From Oscillospiraceae bacterium (lineage in GTDB: Bacteria > Bacillota > Clostridia > Oscillospirales > UBA929): a stretch of 35,783 nt of DNA. Each line of letters begins with the position of its first letter. Positions within the stretch are counted from its first letter, which is position 1. The stretch spans positions 1 to 35,783 of the forward strand of contig JAISVO010000068.1 in assembly GCA_031271525.1 (NCBI GenBank). Direction: 5' to 3'. The translations under genes and the position numbers were made by a program. The notes beneath the pieces are model-generated. The model did no database searches and had not been told where the DNA came from. It saw nothing but the letters and a program-made list of their open reading frames with translations. Of the stretch, positions 7,194-17,717 are shown piece after piece.

Positions 7194-9278
7194 TTGCCTG
7201 TGGAGGGGAAGGGCCGGTTTTGGGCGCGGGCGCGGAGCGGGGCGATGGTCGCGTTGGTCGCCGCCGCGCTGGTCTGGGGGTTCTTCACCCTGTTTACCCA
7301 GTACGGCGTCAGCGTGAACCTGACGTACCCGATCTACCACAATACGGACTGGCAGTGCGAATACTTCGAGTTCGACGAGGCGGGCGGCAAGCGCGCGCTG
7401 GCGTTTCTGCCGAACGAGTACGGGTTCCTCACCGTCACGGGTTCGGAATACCTCGACGCCGCGCGGGCCGGGCCGCCCCCCGCCGAGGACGATCCCCCGT
7501 TCGAGGGAACGCGCCACCGGGTGGGGTTCTCCGCGGTCCTGACCGAGTATTACGACAGGGCCATCCTGTCTGTTCAGGGCGACAGCGTCCCGATGATCGT
7601 CTTTTTGGACGACATCATTCTCCATACGGATTTCCCGAACCTGACAAGTACCCCGGACTCCCCGCCGCCCGGAGACGCGGAGCCGCTGGAGGGGGACTAC
7701 GGCATGTTCGGGAACGCCGGCGAAATATTCGTCATGCTGCCGGCGGATTACGCCGGAAGGACGCTGACCGTGATCCAATACCTCTCCGCGCCCTATCCCG
7801 CCTATTACTGGCAGCCCGCGACCGTGACCGTGGAGGCCCCCGGCGCGGATAGGGTTTACGCCGCGAGGGGCTACGGGCCAAGCGCGGTTGTCAGCGGGCT
7901 GACGGGCGCGGCGCTGATCCTGTTCGCCGCGCTGTTCCTCCGGCAGGTCCTCTTGGGCGGAAAACCCTTCCCCCTCCTCCTTCTGATCGGCTACACGCTG
8001 ATCGGCATGATCGCGGCGTCAAGCTACAATTATCTCAGGCCGGAGATACTGTACGAAGCCCTGCCGGCCCAGACATGGTGTAAGTCGATAGCAGACTACG
8101 CCGCCGGGAACCTTCTCCTGCTCTACCTCGCGCTCCGCATGAGGCGTCCGGCCCGGTTCGCGCTCGCGGGGCTTGCGGCGGCCCATACCGCCGTCATTAC
8201 GGTGTTCATGGCCCTGAACACCGCGGGAGACATCAGCCTGTGGATTGGCGAACAATGGCCGGGCATCCTCGGGTTTGCCGTCTCCCTGTTCGGCATCGCC
8301 CTTTCTGTCTTTGAGTCGCGCGGGAACCCCTTTTACAAACGGATCGGCTGGATATTTCTGGCCCTCGGGGCGGGCTACGCCATTCTGACGGAGGGCCTGA
8401 GGGTTGCCGGGCTGCCGCTGTACTCGGCCTTGTACGACCCGTTCCGCACCCTTTGGGAGTTGGGCGATTTCTACCGGATCAACGAAGCGCTCTGGGCGCT
8501 GATCCTGATCGCCCTCGCGGTCCTCACCCTCCGGGAAATGGTCACCGACGCGGTCCGCCGTTCCGCCCGGCTGACCGCCGCCGAGCAGCTGAACCGCTTA
8601 AAGACCGACTTCCTCGCGTCGGTTGCCCACGAGATCAAGACGCCGCTCACCGTGCTGGCCGGCAGCGCGCGGGACTCGCTGGATATGCTGGGGGAGGAGT
8701 CGCCCAACACGGCGGACATCGCGGATAACCAATGGCTGATCGAGAAGACCGTGATGCGGATCGACGGGATCGTCCTCGACCTGATGGATACCTCCGCGCT
8801 GGAGACGGGGCGGCTGACCCTCCGTTTCGGGCCGGTTGACTTGGCCGGCCTGCTCGAAAACGTCTGCAACGCCTATCTCTCGCGGACGGACATCCGGGGC
8901 AGCCGGGCGGAGCTAAGCCTCCAGCCGGGCCTCCCGCCGGTCCGCGCCGACGGCGCGAGGCTGGAGCAGGTGATGGCGAACCTGCTGACAAACGCCGTGA
9001 AGCACACCGAGAACGGGCTGATCACGGTATCCCTGTCCGGGCGGGACGGCAGCCAGACGGTGCGCGTCAGCGATACAGGCGAGGGGATGGACGCGTCAAC
9101 GCGCCGCTCGGCGTTCAGGCAGTATAGCACGTCGGGGGAGGACCGGTGGCGGCACGGCATCGGGCTGTACCTCTGCCGCCAGATTATTTTGGCGCACGGG
9201 GGCGAGATAAGCCTAGAGAGCGGGAAGGGCCGGGGGACGACCGTCTCCTTCTCCCTGAAGGAGGGCGACCGGGCATAA
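7194..9278 (+). CDS. Membrane sensor histidine kinase with an extracellular domain and about 7 further TM helices
   Basis: H box FLASVAHEIKTPL, N box NLLTNAVKH, G1 DTGEGM, G2 GIGLYLC; multiple hydrophobic segments. Confidence 0.9.
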   Translation: MPVEGKGRFWARARSGAMVALVAAALVWGFFTLFTQYGVSVNLTYPIYHNTDWQCEYFEFDEAGGKRALAFLPNEYGFLTVTGSEYLDAARAGPPPAEDDPPFEGTRHRVGFSAVLTEYYDRAILSVQGDSVPMIVFLDDIILHTDFPNLTSTPDSPPPGDAEPLEGDYGMFGNAGEIFVMLPADYAGRTLTVIQYLSAPYPAYYWQPATVTVEAPGADRVYAARGYGPSAVVSGLTGAALILFAALFLRQVLLGGKPFPLLLLIGYTLIGMIAASSYNYLRPEILYEALPAQTWCKSIADYAAGNLLLLYLALRMRRPARFALAGLAAAHTAVITVFMALNTAGDISLWIGEQWPGILGFAVSLFGIALSVFESRGNPFYKRIGWIFLALGAGYAILTEGLRVAGLPLYSALYDPFRTLWELGDFYRINEALWALILIALAVLTLREMVTDAVRRSARLTAAEQLNRLKTDFLASVAHEIKTPLTVLAGSARDSLDMLGEESPNTADIADNQWLIEKTVMRIDGIVLDLMDTSALETGRLTLRFGPVDLAGLLENVCNAYLSRTDIRGSRAELSLQPGLPPVRADGARLEQVMANLLTNAVKHTENGLITVSLSGRDGSQTVRVSDTGEGMDASTRRSAFRQYSTSGEDRWRHGIGLYLCRQIILAHGGEISLESGKGRGTTVSFSLKEGDRA

Positions 9279-9964
9279 AAAGGATCCTGATGGTGGAGGA
9301 CGACCCCGAGATCGTCCGGCTGAACAGCCGGATGCTGAGCCGGCGGGGTTTCCATGTGACAGCCGCCCTGTCCGCGGCCGAAGCCCGCGCGCAAATGGCT
9401 GGCTTTGACCTCGCGATCCTCGACGTCAACCTTCCGGACGGCAGCGGCTACGACCTCTGCCGGGAGCTTCGCGCCGCCGGGCACAGGGAGACGCCGGTCA
9501 TCTTCCTGACCGGGCGGGGGCTGGTGAGCGACAAGGTGGAGGGGTTTTCCTCCGGCGGGGATTACTACCTCGTGAAGCCGTACTCGTTCGAGGAGCTGTT
9601 CGCCGTGATCGGGAGCCTGCTGCGGAGGAGCGAGCAGACAAAAATCTCGATCGCCGAAGCGACCGAGATCACGCGCGGCCCGCTGACCCTCCGCCTGTCC
9701 GAGGGCAAAGCCTATGTGGACGGGAGGGACGCCGGGCTGACCCCGAAGGAGTTCGCGGTTCTGCTGCTGCTCGTCCGGAACGAGGACCGGGAGATGGGCG
9801 GCGAGGAAATCTACCGTGCGGTCTGGGGCGCCGATCCGCTGAACGGCTCCGGCACGGTGCGCCAGCACATCTCCCGGCTGAAGAAAAAGCTGGGCGAGGA
9901 CGGCACCGACGCCTTCTCCCTCCTGAGCAGCCGGGAAAAGGGCTACCTCTTTACCGTCCGGTAG
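9275..9964 (+). CDS. OmpR/PhoB-family response regulator, probable ATA start
   Basis: (I)KRILMVEDD, ILDVNLPDGSG, DYYLVKPY, LTPKEF, HISRLKKKL, GY. AAGGAGG lies 10 nt before ATA 9275; an alternative ATG is at 9290. Confidence 0.88.
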   Translation: MKRILMVEDDPEIVRLNSRMLSRRGFHVTAALSAAEARAQMAGFDLAILDVNLPDGSGYDLCRELRAAGHRETPVIFLTGRGLVSDKVEGFSSGGDYYLVKPYSFEELFAVIGSLLRRSEQTKISIAEATEITRGPLTLRLSEGKAYVDGRDAGLTPKEFAVLLLLVRNEDREMGGEEIYRAVWGADPLNGSGTVRQHISRLKKKLGEDGTDAFSLLSSREKGYLFTVR

Positions 9965-9967
9965 CCC

Positions 9968-10570
9968 CTACGCGTTTTTCCAGTAGTACACCGCGAGCTG
10001 GGTGCGGTCGCGCAGCTCCAGCTTCTCCAGCACCGACGACACGGCGTTGCGGACGGTCCCTTGGGAGAGGAAGAGCTTTGCCGCGATCTCCCCGTTGGAA
10101 AGCCCCGACGCGACCAGCGCCAGCACCTCGTTTTCCCGCTCGGTCAGCCGCCCGAACACCGGGGCGGCCGTTTTTTTCGCGCTCAGCCCAACCCCCCGGT
10201 CGAAGACCATCGCGCCCTTCTCCACGGCGCGGATCCGCTCGACGATCCCGTCCGCCGGGGTGCTTTTCAGCAGATACCCCTCCGCGCCGGCTTCCATCGC
10301 GGACGCGATATACGCGTCGTCGGTGAAGGTCGTCAGCATCACGATCTTTACCTCGGGGTACGCCTCCTTGATCCTCTTCGTCGCGGCGACCCCGTCGCAC
10401 ACCGGCATCCGTATGTCCATCAGCGCGACGTCGGGCCGCCGTTCGCCGCAGAGCCGGAACGCCTCCGCCCCGTCCGGCGCGCACCGGACGCTCCAGCCCT
10501 CCTCGGTTTCCAGCAGCAGCTTTAAGCTGTCCCGGATCAGCCCGTCGTCGTCAACCACCAAAAGGTCCAC
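9968..10570 (-). CDS. NarL/LuxR-family response regulator
   Basis: Motifs VVDDD, LMDIRMPVCDG, MLTTF, GYLLK, LTERENEVL...GLSNGEIA..LFLSQGTVRN, DRTQLA. Confidence 0.92.
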   Translation of the reverse strand: MDLLVVDDDGLIRDSLKLLLETEEGWSVRCAPDGAEAFRLCGERRPDVALMDIRMPVCDGVAATKRIKEAYPEVKIVMLTTFTDDAYIASAMEAGAEGYLLKSTPADGIVERIRAVEKGAMVFDRGVGLSAKKTAAPVFGRLTERENEVLALVASGLSNGEIAAKLFLSQGTVRNAVSSVLEKLELRDRTQLAVYYWKNA

Positions 10571-10581
10571 AAAGCGCCTCC

Positions 10582-11781
10582 CTAAACGGTAAACTCGATC
10601 CGCTCCCCGTCATATTCGCAGAGATACCCGCCTTTGAACCCGCTGACGGAAACCTCGCCGTTATCATCCGTCACGGCGACCCGCTCGGGCGTCCGCCACT
10701 CTTTGTTGATCAGCCCGTCCAGCGCGTCGCAGACCGGCTTGACCCGCGCGTCCTCCGTCATCAGACCCGCCGGGGCGTTCAGCCAGCCTCCGTCGGAAAA
10801 ACTCCAGTAGGTGACGGCCTCCACCAGCGGACACGCGAACAGCAGCTTATAAAACGCCGCCGCCTCGGACGCTTGGCGCTCCTCTCCTTCGGGGGTGGAC
10901 GGCCATTCGGCGTTCTTGTAGTCGTTCAGGTCTACGATCGACTTCGGCATGATCTCCCCCGAAACCAGATTGATCTCGGTGAAATGGAGCGGCAGCCCGA
11001 AGCGGGAGAACCGCTCCAAGACCTCCTCGGTCTTCCCGGCGCTCCAGCAGCCTTGGTGCATGTGGGATTGCAGGCCGATCGCGCCGATCGGGATCCCCGC
11101 CTCCAGCAGCCCTTCCAGCAGGATGTCGTAGGACTCGCTCATGTCGAAGTCGTTGATCAGCAGGGTCGCGTTCGGGTTGGCGTCCCTCGCCGCCTGAAAA
11201 ACCTTTTTCACCAGACCGATCCGGCCTTCCCGCTTGCAGATCCGGGTGATCCCGTTGTCGTATTTGTCGAAAATCGGCATGATCACAACCTCGTTGATCA
11301 CGTCCCACATGTCGATCACGCCGGCGAACGCCGTCACGTCCCGGGTGATCCGGGCGAGCTGGGCCGCGAGGATGTCCCCGTCGCTCAGTTCGAGCAGCCA
11401 CGGCGCGGTGGCGGTGTGCCAGCAGAGCGGATGCCCCTTGACCGCGACGCCGCGCTCTTTCCACCACCGGGCGGTCTTCAAAAGCCGTTCGGTATCCGGC
11501 TTGCCGCGCTCCGGCTCAAACCGCCCCCAATAGAAGGGCAGGGTGACGAAGTTGAACATCTCCTCCATCTTCGCGACCCGCTTCCGCGCAAACTCCTCGT
11601 CCCGGCCAGTCAGCTCCCCGTTGACCAGCGCCGCCGACTCAAACCCGGCGCAGCCGAACTGTACGGCGGACGTCACCTGCCGGACCGTCACGGCCTTCCC
11701 CCGCAGCGGGCCGCCCGCGCGGTCGGTGAGGCGGAGCGTCGCGCTGCCCTTCCTGTGACCGTATGGTTCCATCAATCCCAT
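10582..11781 (-). CDS. GH10 endo-1,4-beta-xylanase-like glycoside hydrolase, no signal peptide
   Basis: Motifs KGHPLCWH, WDVINE (acid/base), IGLQSH, HFTE (nucleophile). Confidence 0.88.
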   Translation of the reverse strand: MGLMEPYGHRKGSATLRLTDRAGGPLRGKAVTVRQVTSAVQFGCAGFESAALVNGELTGRDEEFARKRVAKMEEMFNFVTLPFYWGRFEPERGKPDTERLLKTARWWKERGVAVKGHPLCWHTATAPWLLELSDGDILAAQLARITRDVTAFAGVIDMWDVINEVVIMPIFDKYDNGITRICKREGRIGLVKKVFQAARDANPNATLLINDFDMSESYDILLEGLLEAGIPIGAIGLQSHMHQGCWSAGKTEEVLERFSRFGLPLHFTEINLVSGEIMPKSIVDLNDYKNAEWPSTPEGEERQASEAAAFYKLLFACPLVEAVTYWSFSDGGWLNAPAGLMTEDARVKPVCDALDGLINKEWRTPERVAVTDDNGEVSVSGFKGGYLCEYDGERIEFTV

Positions 11782-11795
11782 CCCCTTTCCCGCTT

Positions 11796-11824
11796 ATAGT
11801 ACCACCCCCGGAGGACATTGGCAA
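11796..11824 (-). promoter_or_regulatory. Sigma-A promoter for the GH10 gene
   Basis: Minus strand TTGCCA-17 bp-TACTAT with a TG extension. Confidence 0.6.
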
Positions 11825-11845
11825 TGAAAAGTTTCGGCGCGCCGC

Positions 11846-12904
11846 CTACAGCGCGTCCCGGACCGCGCCGCCCATCTCGGCGGTCCCGGCCAGCCGGCAC
11901 CCCTCGCCCATGATGTCACCCGTGCGGAGCCCTTGGGAGAACGCCTCGGCGACGGCCGCTTCTATGGCGGCCGCTTCGGCGGGAAGGCCCAGCGAGGACC
12001 GGAGGAGCATGGCGGCGGACAGGATGGCGGCGATAGGGTTTGCCCGGTTTGTCCCGGCGATGTCGGGCGCGGAGCCGTGGATCGGCTCGTACAGGCCGAA
12101 AGACCCTTCGCCGAGGCTCGCGGACGGCAGCATCCCGATCGACCCGGTCAGCATACTCGCCTCATCCGAGAGGATGTCGCCGAACAGGTTGCTCGTCACG
12201 ATGACGTCGAATTGGCGCGGGTCGCGCACAAGCTGCATCGCGGCGTTGTCCACCAGCATGTCGCGGTACTCCACGTCCGGGTAATCGCCGCGCAGCCGGT
12301 GCATGACCTCCCGCCACAGCCGGGACGTCTCCAGCACGTTCGCCTTGTCCACCGAGCAGAGCTTCCCCCGGCGAAGCCGCGCCTGTTCAAACCCGACCCG
12401 CCCGATCCGCTCGATCTCGGAGACGGTATACCGTTCGGTGTCAAAGGCTGCGTTGCCCTCGCGCCCCCGCTCGCCGAAATAGATGCCGCCGGTCAGCTCC
12501 CGCACGATCATCAGGTCAAACCCGTCCCCCGCCAGTTCGCTTCGGAGCGGGCAGGCGTCCCGCAGGGCTTTGTGCAGCACCGCCGGGCGGAGGTTCGCGT
12601 ACAGCCCCAGCGCGGCGCGGATCCCGAGAAGCCCCGCTTCGGGGCGGAGATGCCCCGGGAGGGATTCCCACTTTGGTCCGCCCACCGCCCCCAGCAGGAC
12701 GGCGTCCGATTCCCGGCAGAGCGAAACCGTACCGTCCGGCAAGGGGACCCCCGTTTGGTCAATGGCAATGCCGCCCATCAGCGCCTCGGTGAAGGCGAAG
12801 GTATGCCCGAACCTCTCCGCGGCCGCTTGGAGGGTCAGCACCGCTTCCCTTGTGATCTCGGGGCCGATCCCGTCCCCCGGGATCACCGTAATTTTAGCGG
12901 TCAT
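11846..12904 (-). CDS. leuB: 3-isopropylmalate dehydrogenase
   Basis: Motifs [58 protein letters not shown]. Confidence 0.97.
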   Translation of the reverse strand: MTAKITVIPGDGIGPEITREAVLTLQAAAERFGHTFAFTEALMGGIAIDQTGVPLPDGTVSLCRESDAVLLGAVGGPKWESLPGHLRPEAGLLGIRAALGLYANLRPAVLHKALRDACPLRSELAGDGFDLMIVRELTGGIYFGERGREGNAAFDTERYTVSEIERIGRVGFEQARLRRGKLCSVDKANVLETSRLWREVMHRLRGDYPDVEYRDMLVDNAAMQLVRDPRQFDVIVTSNLFGDILSDEASMLTGSIGMLPSASLGEGSFGLYEPIHGSAPDIAGTNRANPIAAILSAAMLLRSSLGLPAEAAAIEAAVAEAFSQGLRTGDIMGEGCRLAGTAEMGGAVRDAL

Positions 12905-12905
12905 A

Positions 12906-13376
12906 TCAACCCTCCGCCTTCAGCGCGGCGAGCAGACCCCCCGCGCCGATCACATCCTTGATAAACTGCGGGAAGGGCGGCGCCGGGTAGACCGCTCCGG
13001 TCGTGTTGTTCCGCACCGCCCCGTCGGTCACCTCCACGTCGTCCCCGTCCGAGATGCCGGCCGAGGCTTCGGGCGACTCGATGATGGTCAGACCGATGTT
13101 GATGGCGTTCCGGTAGAAGATACGGGCGAAGGACCCCGCGACGACGGCGGCCACCCCGCTCGCTTTCAGCGCCAGCGGCGCGTGTTCCCGGGAGGAACCG
13201 CACCCGAAGTTCGCCCCGCCGACGACAATCGCCCCGCCCCGGACTTTTTCGGGGAAATCCCGGTCGAGATCCTCCATGCAGTGCGCTTTCAAGTCCTCCG
13301 GTGCGGACATATTGAGGTATCGGGCGGGGATGATGACGTCGGTATCGACGTTGTCCCCGTACTTAATCGCTCTCAT
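12906..13376 (-). CDS. leuD: 3-isopropylmalate dehydratase small subunit
   Basis: Motifs [39 protein letters not shown]. Confidence 0.96.
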   Translation of the reverse strand: MRAIKYGDNVDTDVIIPARYLNMSAPEDLKAHCMEDLDRDFPEKVRGGAIVVGGANFGCGSSREHAPLALKASGVAAVVAGSFARIFYRNAINIGLTIIESPEASAGISDGDDVEVTDGAVRNNTTGAVYPAPPFPQFIKDVIGAGGLLAALKAEG

Positions 13377-13392
13377 TCAAATACGCTCCTCT

Positions 13393-14652
13393 CTATAACT
13401 CTTCGGGCGATCCGACCCGGCCCAGCACCGCCGAAGCGGCGGCGACCGCGGGGGACGCGAGGTAGACCTCGCTCTCGGGGTGGCCCATCCGCCCGACGAA
13501 ATTGCGGTTTGTCGTCGCCACCGCCCGTTCCCCCTTGGCGAGGATCCCCATATGGCCTCCGAGGCAAGGCCCGCAGGTCGGGGTCGATACGGCGCACCCG
13601 GCGTCCAAAAAGATACCCACCAAGCCCTCGTCGATCGCCTGACGGTAGATCAGCTGTGTCGCCGGGATGATCACCACCCGCACGTCTTTGGCGGCTTTCC
13701 GCCCCTTCAGGACCTCCGCCGCGATCCGCAGGTCGCTGATCCTCCCGTTGGTGCAGGACCCGATGACGACTTGGTCGATCGGCGCCTCCGGAATGCCGTC
13801 GAGCGTGACGGCGTTGCCCGGCAGGTGGGGGGCCGCGACGGTGGGACGGACGGCGGACAGGTCGATTGTGCAGTCCCGCTCATACTCCGCGCCGGCGTCG
13901 GCATCGGTTTCGGTCCACGCCCGGCTCACCCGCCCGCGAAGGTACGCGCGGGTCACACTGTCCGCGGGGAAGATGCCGTTCTTCGCGCCCGCCTCGATCG
14001 CCATATTGGCGACGCACAGCCGGTCGTCGATGCCGAGCGCCGCGACGCCCGGACCGGTAAACTCCATCGAGCGGTAGAGCGCGCCGTCCACCCCGATCAT
14101 CCCGATGATATGCAGGATGACGTCCTTCCCCGAGACCCAGCGGCCGAGCGACCCAGTCAGGGTAAACCGAAGGGCGGCGGGCACCTTGAACCACGCGATC
14201 CCCTTCGCCATTCCGGCCGCCATATCGGTGCTCCCCACGCCGGTGGAAAAGGCGTTCAGCGCCCCGTAGGTGCAGGTGTGGGAGTCCGCGCCGATGATCA
14301 GCTCTCCCGGCGCGGCCAGCCCCTTCTCGGGGAGGAGCGCGTGCTCGACCCCCATCTCTCCGACGTCATAGAAGTGTTTGATCCCCTGTTCCCGGGCGAA
14401 GAGCCGCACCTCCCGGCACTGCTCCGCCGCCTTGATGTCCTTGTTCGGGGTGAAGTGATCCATCACCAGCGCGATCCTCTCCGGATCGAACACCTTCCCG
14501 AAACCCGCCTCCCGGTAAGCGGCCAGCGCCACCGGGGAGGTGATGTCGTTGCCCAGCACCAGATCCACCTTCGCCTTAACCAATTGCCCGGGGGAAACCT
14601 GATCCAAGCCCGCGTGGGCCGCCAGAATCTTCTGGCTGGCTGTCATAGCCAT
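13393..14652 (-). CDS. leuC: 3-isopropylmalate dehydratase large subunit
   Basis: Motifs [34 protein letters not shown]. Confidence 0.96.
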   Translation of the reverse strand: MAMTASQKILAAHAGLDQVSPGQLVKAKVDLVLGNDITSPVALAAYREAGFGKVFDPERIALVMDHFTPNKDIKAAEQCREVRLFAREQGIKHFYDVGEMGVEHALLPEKGLAAPGELIIGADSHTCTYGALNAFSTGVGSTDMAAGMAKGIAWFKVPAALRFTLTGSLGRWVSGKDVILHIIGMIGVDGALYRSMEFTGPGVAALGIDDRLCVANMAIEAGAKNGIFPADSVTRAYLRGRVSRAWTETDADAGAEYERDCTIDLSAVRPTVAAPHLPGNAVTLDGIPEAPIDQVVIGSCTNGRISDLRIAAEVLKGRKAAKDVRVVIIPATQLIYRQAIDEGLVGIFLDAGCAVSTPTCGPCLGGHMGILAKGERAVATTNRNFVGRMGHPESEVYLASPAVAAASAVLGRVGSPEEL

Positions 14653-14655
14653 AAC

Positions 14656-16215
14656 TTACGCGCCTCCTTCTTGCAGCAATGCGTATTCAATCGAATCTGT
14701 CAGCGCCTTCCAAGACGCTTGGATGATATTCTCGGACACCCCGACAGTCGTCCAGATGTCGTTCCCGTCGGTGCTCTGGATCAAGACCCGCACCTTGGCG
14801 GCGGTCGCCGCCTTGGTGTCCAGCACCCGGACCTTGTAGTCGATCAGGCGCACCTTCCGAAGCCCGGGGTAGAAATTCTCGAGGGCCAGCCGGAGGGCGT
14901 TGTCCATCGCGTTGACCGGGCCGTCGCCCTCCGCCGCCGTGACTTCCTTCCGCCCGTCCACGCTGAGCTTGACGATCGCCGTCGAGGTATTGTCGTGGTC
15001 GTTTAGGATCCGGTACTGGCTGAGGTCGAAGAAGTGGACCGTCTGCCCGAGGTGCCGCCGCACCACCAGCTCAAAGCTCGCCTCGGCAAGCTCAAACTGA
15101 TAACCCTCGAACTCCAGCTTTTTGAGGACGTCCACCAGCTCCCCCGTCTCGGGGGAGTCTTTGGTCAGGGCCGGCGCGACCCTTTTGAGCATCGGCAGGA
15201 GCGCCCCCCGCCCGGCGACCTCGCTCATCAGGAACCGCCGGGAGTTCCCGACGCTCTCGGGCGAGACGTGCTCAAAGGACCCGCTCACCTTGCTGACCCC
15301 GTCGATGTGCATCCCGGCCTTGTGGGCGAACGCCGAATGCCCGATGAAGGGGGCCTGCGGGTCGGGGTTGAGGTTCGCGATTTCGGCGATCCTCCGCGCG
15401 GTTTCGGTGAGGCGGGCCAAGTTTTCCGGCGGGATACAGCCGTACCCCAGCTTGAGCTGGAGGTTTGGGATGATCGTCGACAGCGACGCGTTGCCGCACC
15501 GTTCGCCGAACCCGATCAGGGTTCCCTGCACCTGCGACGCCCCCGCCTTTACCGCGAGGAGGGAGTTCGCCTCGGCGTTCCCGCCGTCCCTGTGGCAGTG
15601 GATCCCAATCCGCAGGCCGGGGAACTCGCCGGCAACGCGGGTTACGATGTCGAACACCTCGTCGGGGAAGGACCCGCCGTTGGTGTCGCAGAGCGCCAGA
15701 CAGTCCGCGCCGCCGAGGGCCGCCGCCTTGAGGGTCGCGAGCGCGTACGGGGCGTCCGCCTTAAACCCGTCGAAGAAGTGCTCGGCGTCGAAGATCACCT
15801 CTTTGCCGGCGTCCTTGAAGAACCGCACCGTCTCCCCGATCATCCGAAGGTTTTCCTCCGGCTCCGCGTGGAGGACTTCCGCGACATGCAGCCCCCAGCT
15901 CTTCCCGAAGACCGCCACGCAGGGGGTTCCCGCGGCGAGGAGGGAGACGCAGTTCGGGTCGGCGCCGGGGGTCGTCCCCCGCCGCCGGGTCGCCCCGAAG
16001 GCGACCAGCTTCGCGTGCCTCAGCGAGAGCTTTTGGGCCTCCCGGAAGAAGGCCAGCTCCTTCTCGTTGGAGCCCGGGTTCCCGGCTTCAATGTAGGGGA
16101 CGCCCAGCCCGTCCAAGGCCAAAACCACATCCAGCTTATCCACCAGAGAAAACTGGATCCCCTCGCCCTGCGCGCCGTCCCGCAGGGTGGAGTCGAAGAT
16201 GTCGACGGTCTTCAT
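14656..16215 (-). CDS. cimA: Citramalate synthase
   Basis: Motifs DSTLRDGAQGEG, EAGNPGSN, FDAEHFFDG, LCDTNGG, FAHKAGMH, AEGDGPVNA, DYKVRVL. Confidence 0.92.
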   Translation of the reverse strand: MKTVDIFDSTLRDGAQGEGIQFSLVDKLDVVLALDGLGVPYIEAGNPGSNEKELAFFREAQKLSLRHAKLVAFGATRRRGTTPGADPNCVSLLAAGTPCVAVFGKSWGLHVAEVLHAEPEENLRMIGETVRFFKDAGKEVIFDAEHFFDGFKADAPYALATLKAAALGGADCLALCDTNGGSFPDEVFDIVTRVAGEFPGLRIGIHCHRDGGNAEANSLLAVKAGASQVQGTLIGFGERCGNASLSTIIPNLQLKLGYGCIPPENLARLTETARRIAEIANLNPDPQAPFIGHSAFAHKAGMHIDGVSKVSGSFEHVSPESVGNSRRFLMSEVAGRGALLPMLKRVAPALTKDSPETGELVDVLKKLEFEGYQFELAEASFELVVRRHLGQTVHFFDLSQYRILNDHDNTSTAIVKLSVDGRKEVTAAEGDGPVNAMDNALRLALENFYPGLRKVRLIDYKVRVLDTKAATAAKVRVLIQSTDGNDIWTTVGVSENIIQASWKALTDSIEYALLQEGGA

Positions 16216-17717
16216 CTTCGCACCGCCATCTTATTGATCCCGTTGACGTACGCTTTGATGCTCGCCTCCAGAATGTCCGTCGAAAGGCCCCGCCCGGTGA
16301 TGATCTCGTTCCCGCGCTTGAGTTTGACGACCGCTTCGCCCAGCGCGTCCCCGCCCTCGGTGACCGACCGGATCGAAAAGTCCTCCAGCTCGTGCCCGCC
16401 GCCGACAATCCGGCTGATCGCGTTGAACGCCGCGTTGATCGGGCCGTCCCCGGTGCTGGCCTCCTCCTGAACCTCGTCCCCCCGGCTGAGCTTCACCGTC
16501 GCCATCGCGGAAATCGTGCTGCCCGAATTGACGACAAACCGCTCGATATGGTAGCCGTCGGCGATTTCGAGGGTCTGTTCCCCGGCGAGGGCCGCGATGT
16601 CCTCGTCGCTCACCGCCTTCTTACGGTCGGCGAGCTTTTTGAATTGCCCGAAGGCCGCTGTCAGGGCTTCCCCGGATAAGTCGAAGCCGAGGTCTTTCAG
16701 GCGGTCCTCAAAGGCGTGGCGGCCCGAATGCTTGCCCAGCACCATCTTGCTGGAGGGAATCCCGACATCCGCCGGGTTCATGATCTCGTAGGTCAGCGGG
16801 TTCGCCAGAACGCCGTGCTGGTGGATGCCCGCCTCATGGGCGAAGGCGTTCGCGCCGACAATCGGCTTATTGGGGGTCGGCGTCACGCCGATGATGCCGG
16901 ACAGGGTGCGGCTCGCCCGATAGATCTGCTTGGTGTCGATCCCCGTTTCGGCGCCGTAGAACGCGCGCTTGGTCGCTAGGCTCAACGCGATTTCCTCCAG
17001 CGCGGCGTTGCCGGCCCGCTCGCCGATCCCGTTCAGGGTGCACTCCACTTGGTCCGCGCCGGCTTTCACGGCGGACAGGGAGTTCGCCACGGCCATCCCC
17101 AAGTCGTTATGGCAGTGGATCGACAGGACGGCTTTCCCGATCCCGGCGACGTTCGCCCGGAGGTAGCTCACAAGCTCGTAGATTTCCTGCGGGGCGGCGT
17201 AGCCCACCGTATCGGGCACGTTGATCACGTCCGCCCCCGCCGCGACGGCTGCCGAAAAGACGCGCGCGAGGAAGGCCGGGTCGCTCCGGGTGGCGTCCTC
17301 GGCGGAAAATTCCACCGTCGGGCACAGACCCTTTGCGTACCGCACCATCGCGGACGTCTTTGCCAAAACCTCCTCCGGCGTCATCTTCAGCTTATACTCC
17401 ATATGGATGCCGGAGGTGGCGAGGAAGACATGGATACAGGGCTTAGCGGCCCCCTTCAGCGCTTCCCACGCGGCGTCGATGTCCTTTTCGGTCGCCCGGG
17501 CGAGGGACGCGACGCCGCAGCGCCTCACGCTCCCGGCGACCGCCCGGACGGCCTCGAAGTCGTCGGGGGAGGAGACGGCGAAGCCCGCCTCGATCACGTC
17601 CACCTTCAGGGCTTCCAGACGGGCCGCGATCTCCAGTTTCTCCTGCAGGTTCATCGAGCACCCGGGGGACTGCTCCCCGTCCCGCAGGGTGGTGTCAAAA
17701 ATTCGGATGTTCTTCAT
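16212..17717 (-). CDS. leuA: 2-isopropylmalate synthase
   Basis: Motifs [46 protein letters not shown] at 17717 overlaps the ilvD stop (TGATG). Confidence 0.96.
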   Translation of the reverse strand: MKNIRIFDTTLRDGEQSPGCSMNLQEKLEIAARLEALKVDVIEAGFAVSSPDDFEAVRAVAGSVRRCGVASLARATEKDIDAAWEALKGAAKPCIHVFLATSGIHMEYKLKMTPEEVLAKTSAMVRYAKGLCPTVEFSAEDATRSDPAFLARVFSAAVAAGADVINVPDTVGYAAPQEIYELVSYLRANVAGIGKAVLSIHCHNDLGMAVANSLSAVKAGADQVECTLNGIGERAGNAALEEIALSLATKRAFYGAETGIDTKQIYRASRTLSGIIGVTPTPNKPIVGANAFAHEAGIHQHGVLANPLTYEIMNPADVGIPSSKMVLGKHSGRHAFEDRLKDLGFDLSGEALTAAFGQFKKLADRKKAVSDEDIAALAGEQTLEIADGYHIERFVVNSGSTISAMATVKLSRGDEVQEEASTGDGPINAAFNAISRIVGGGHELEDFSIRSVTEGGDALGEAVVKLKRGNEIITGRGLSTDILEASIKAYVNGINKMAVRR

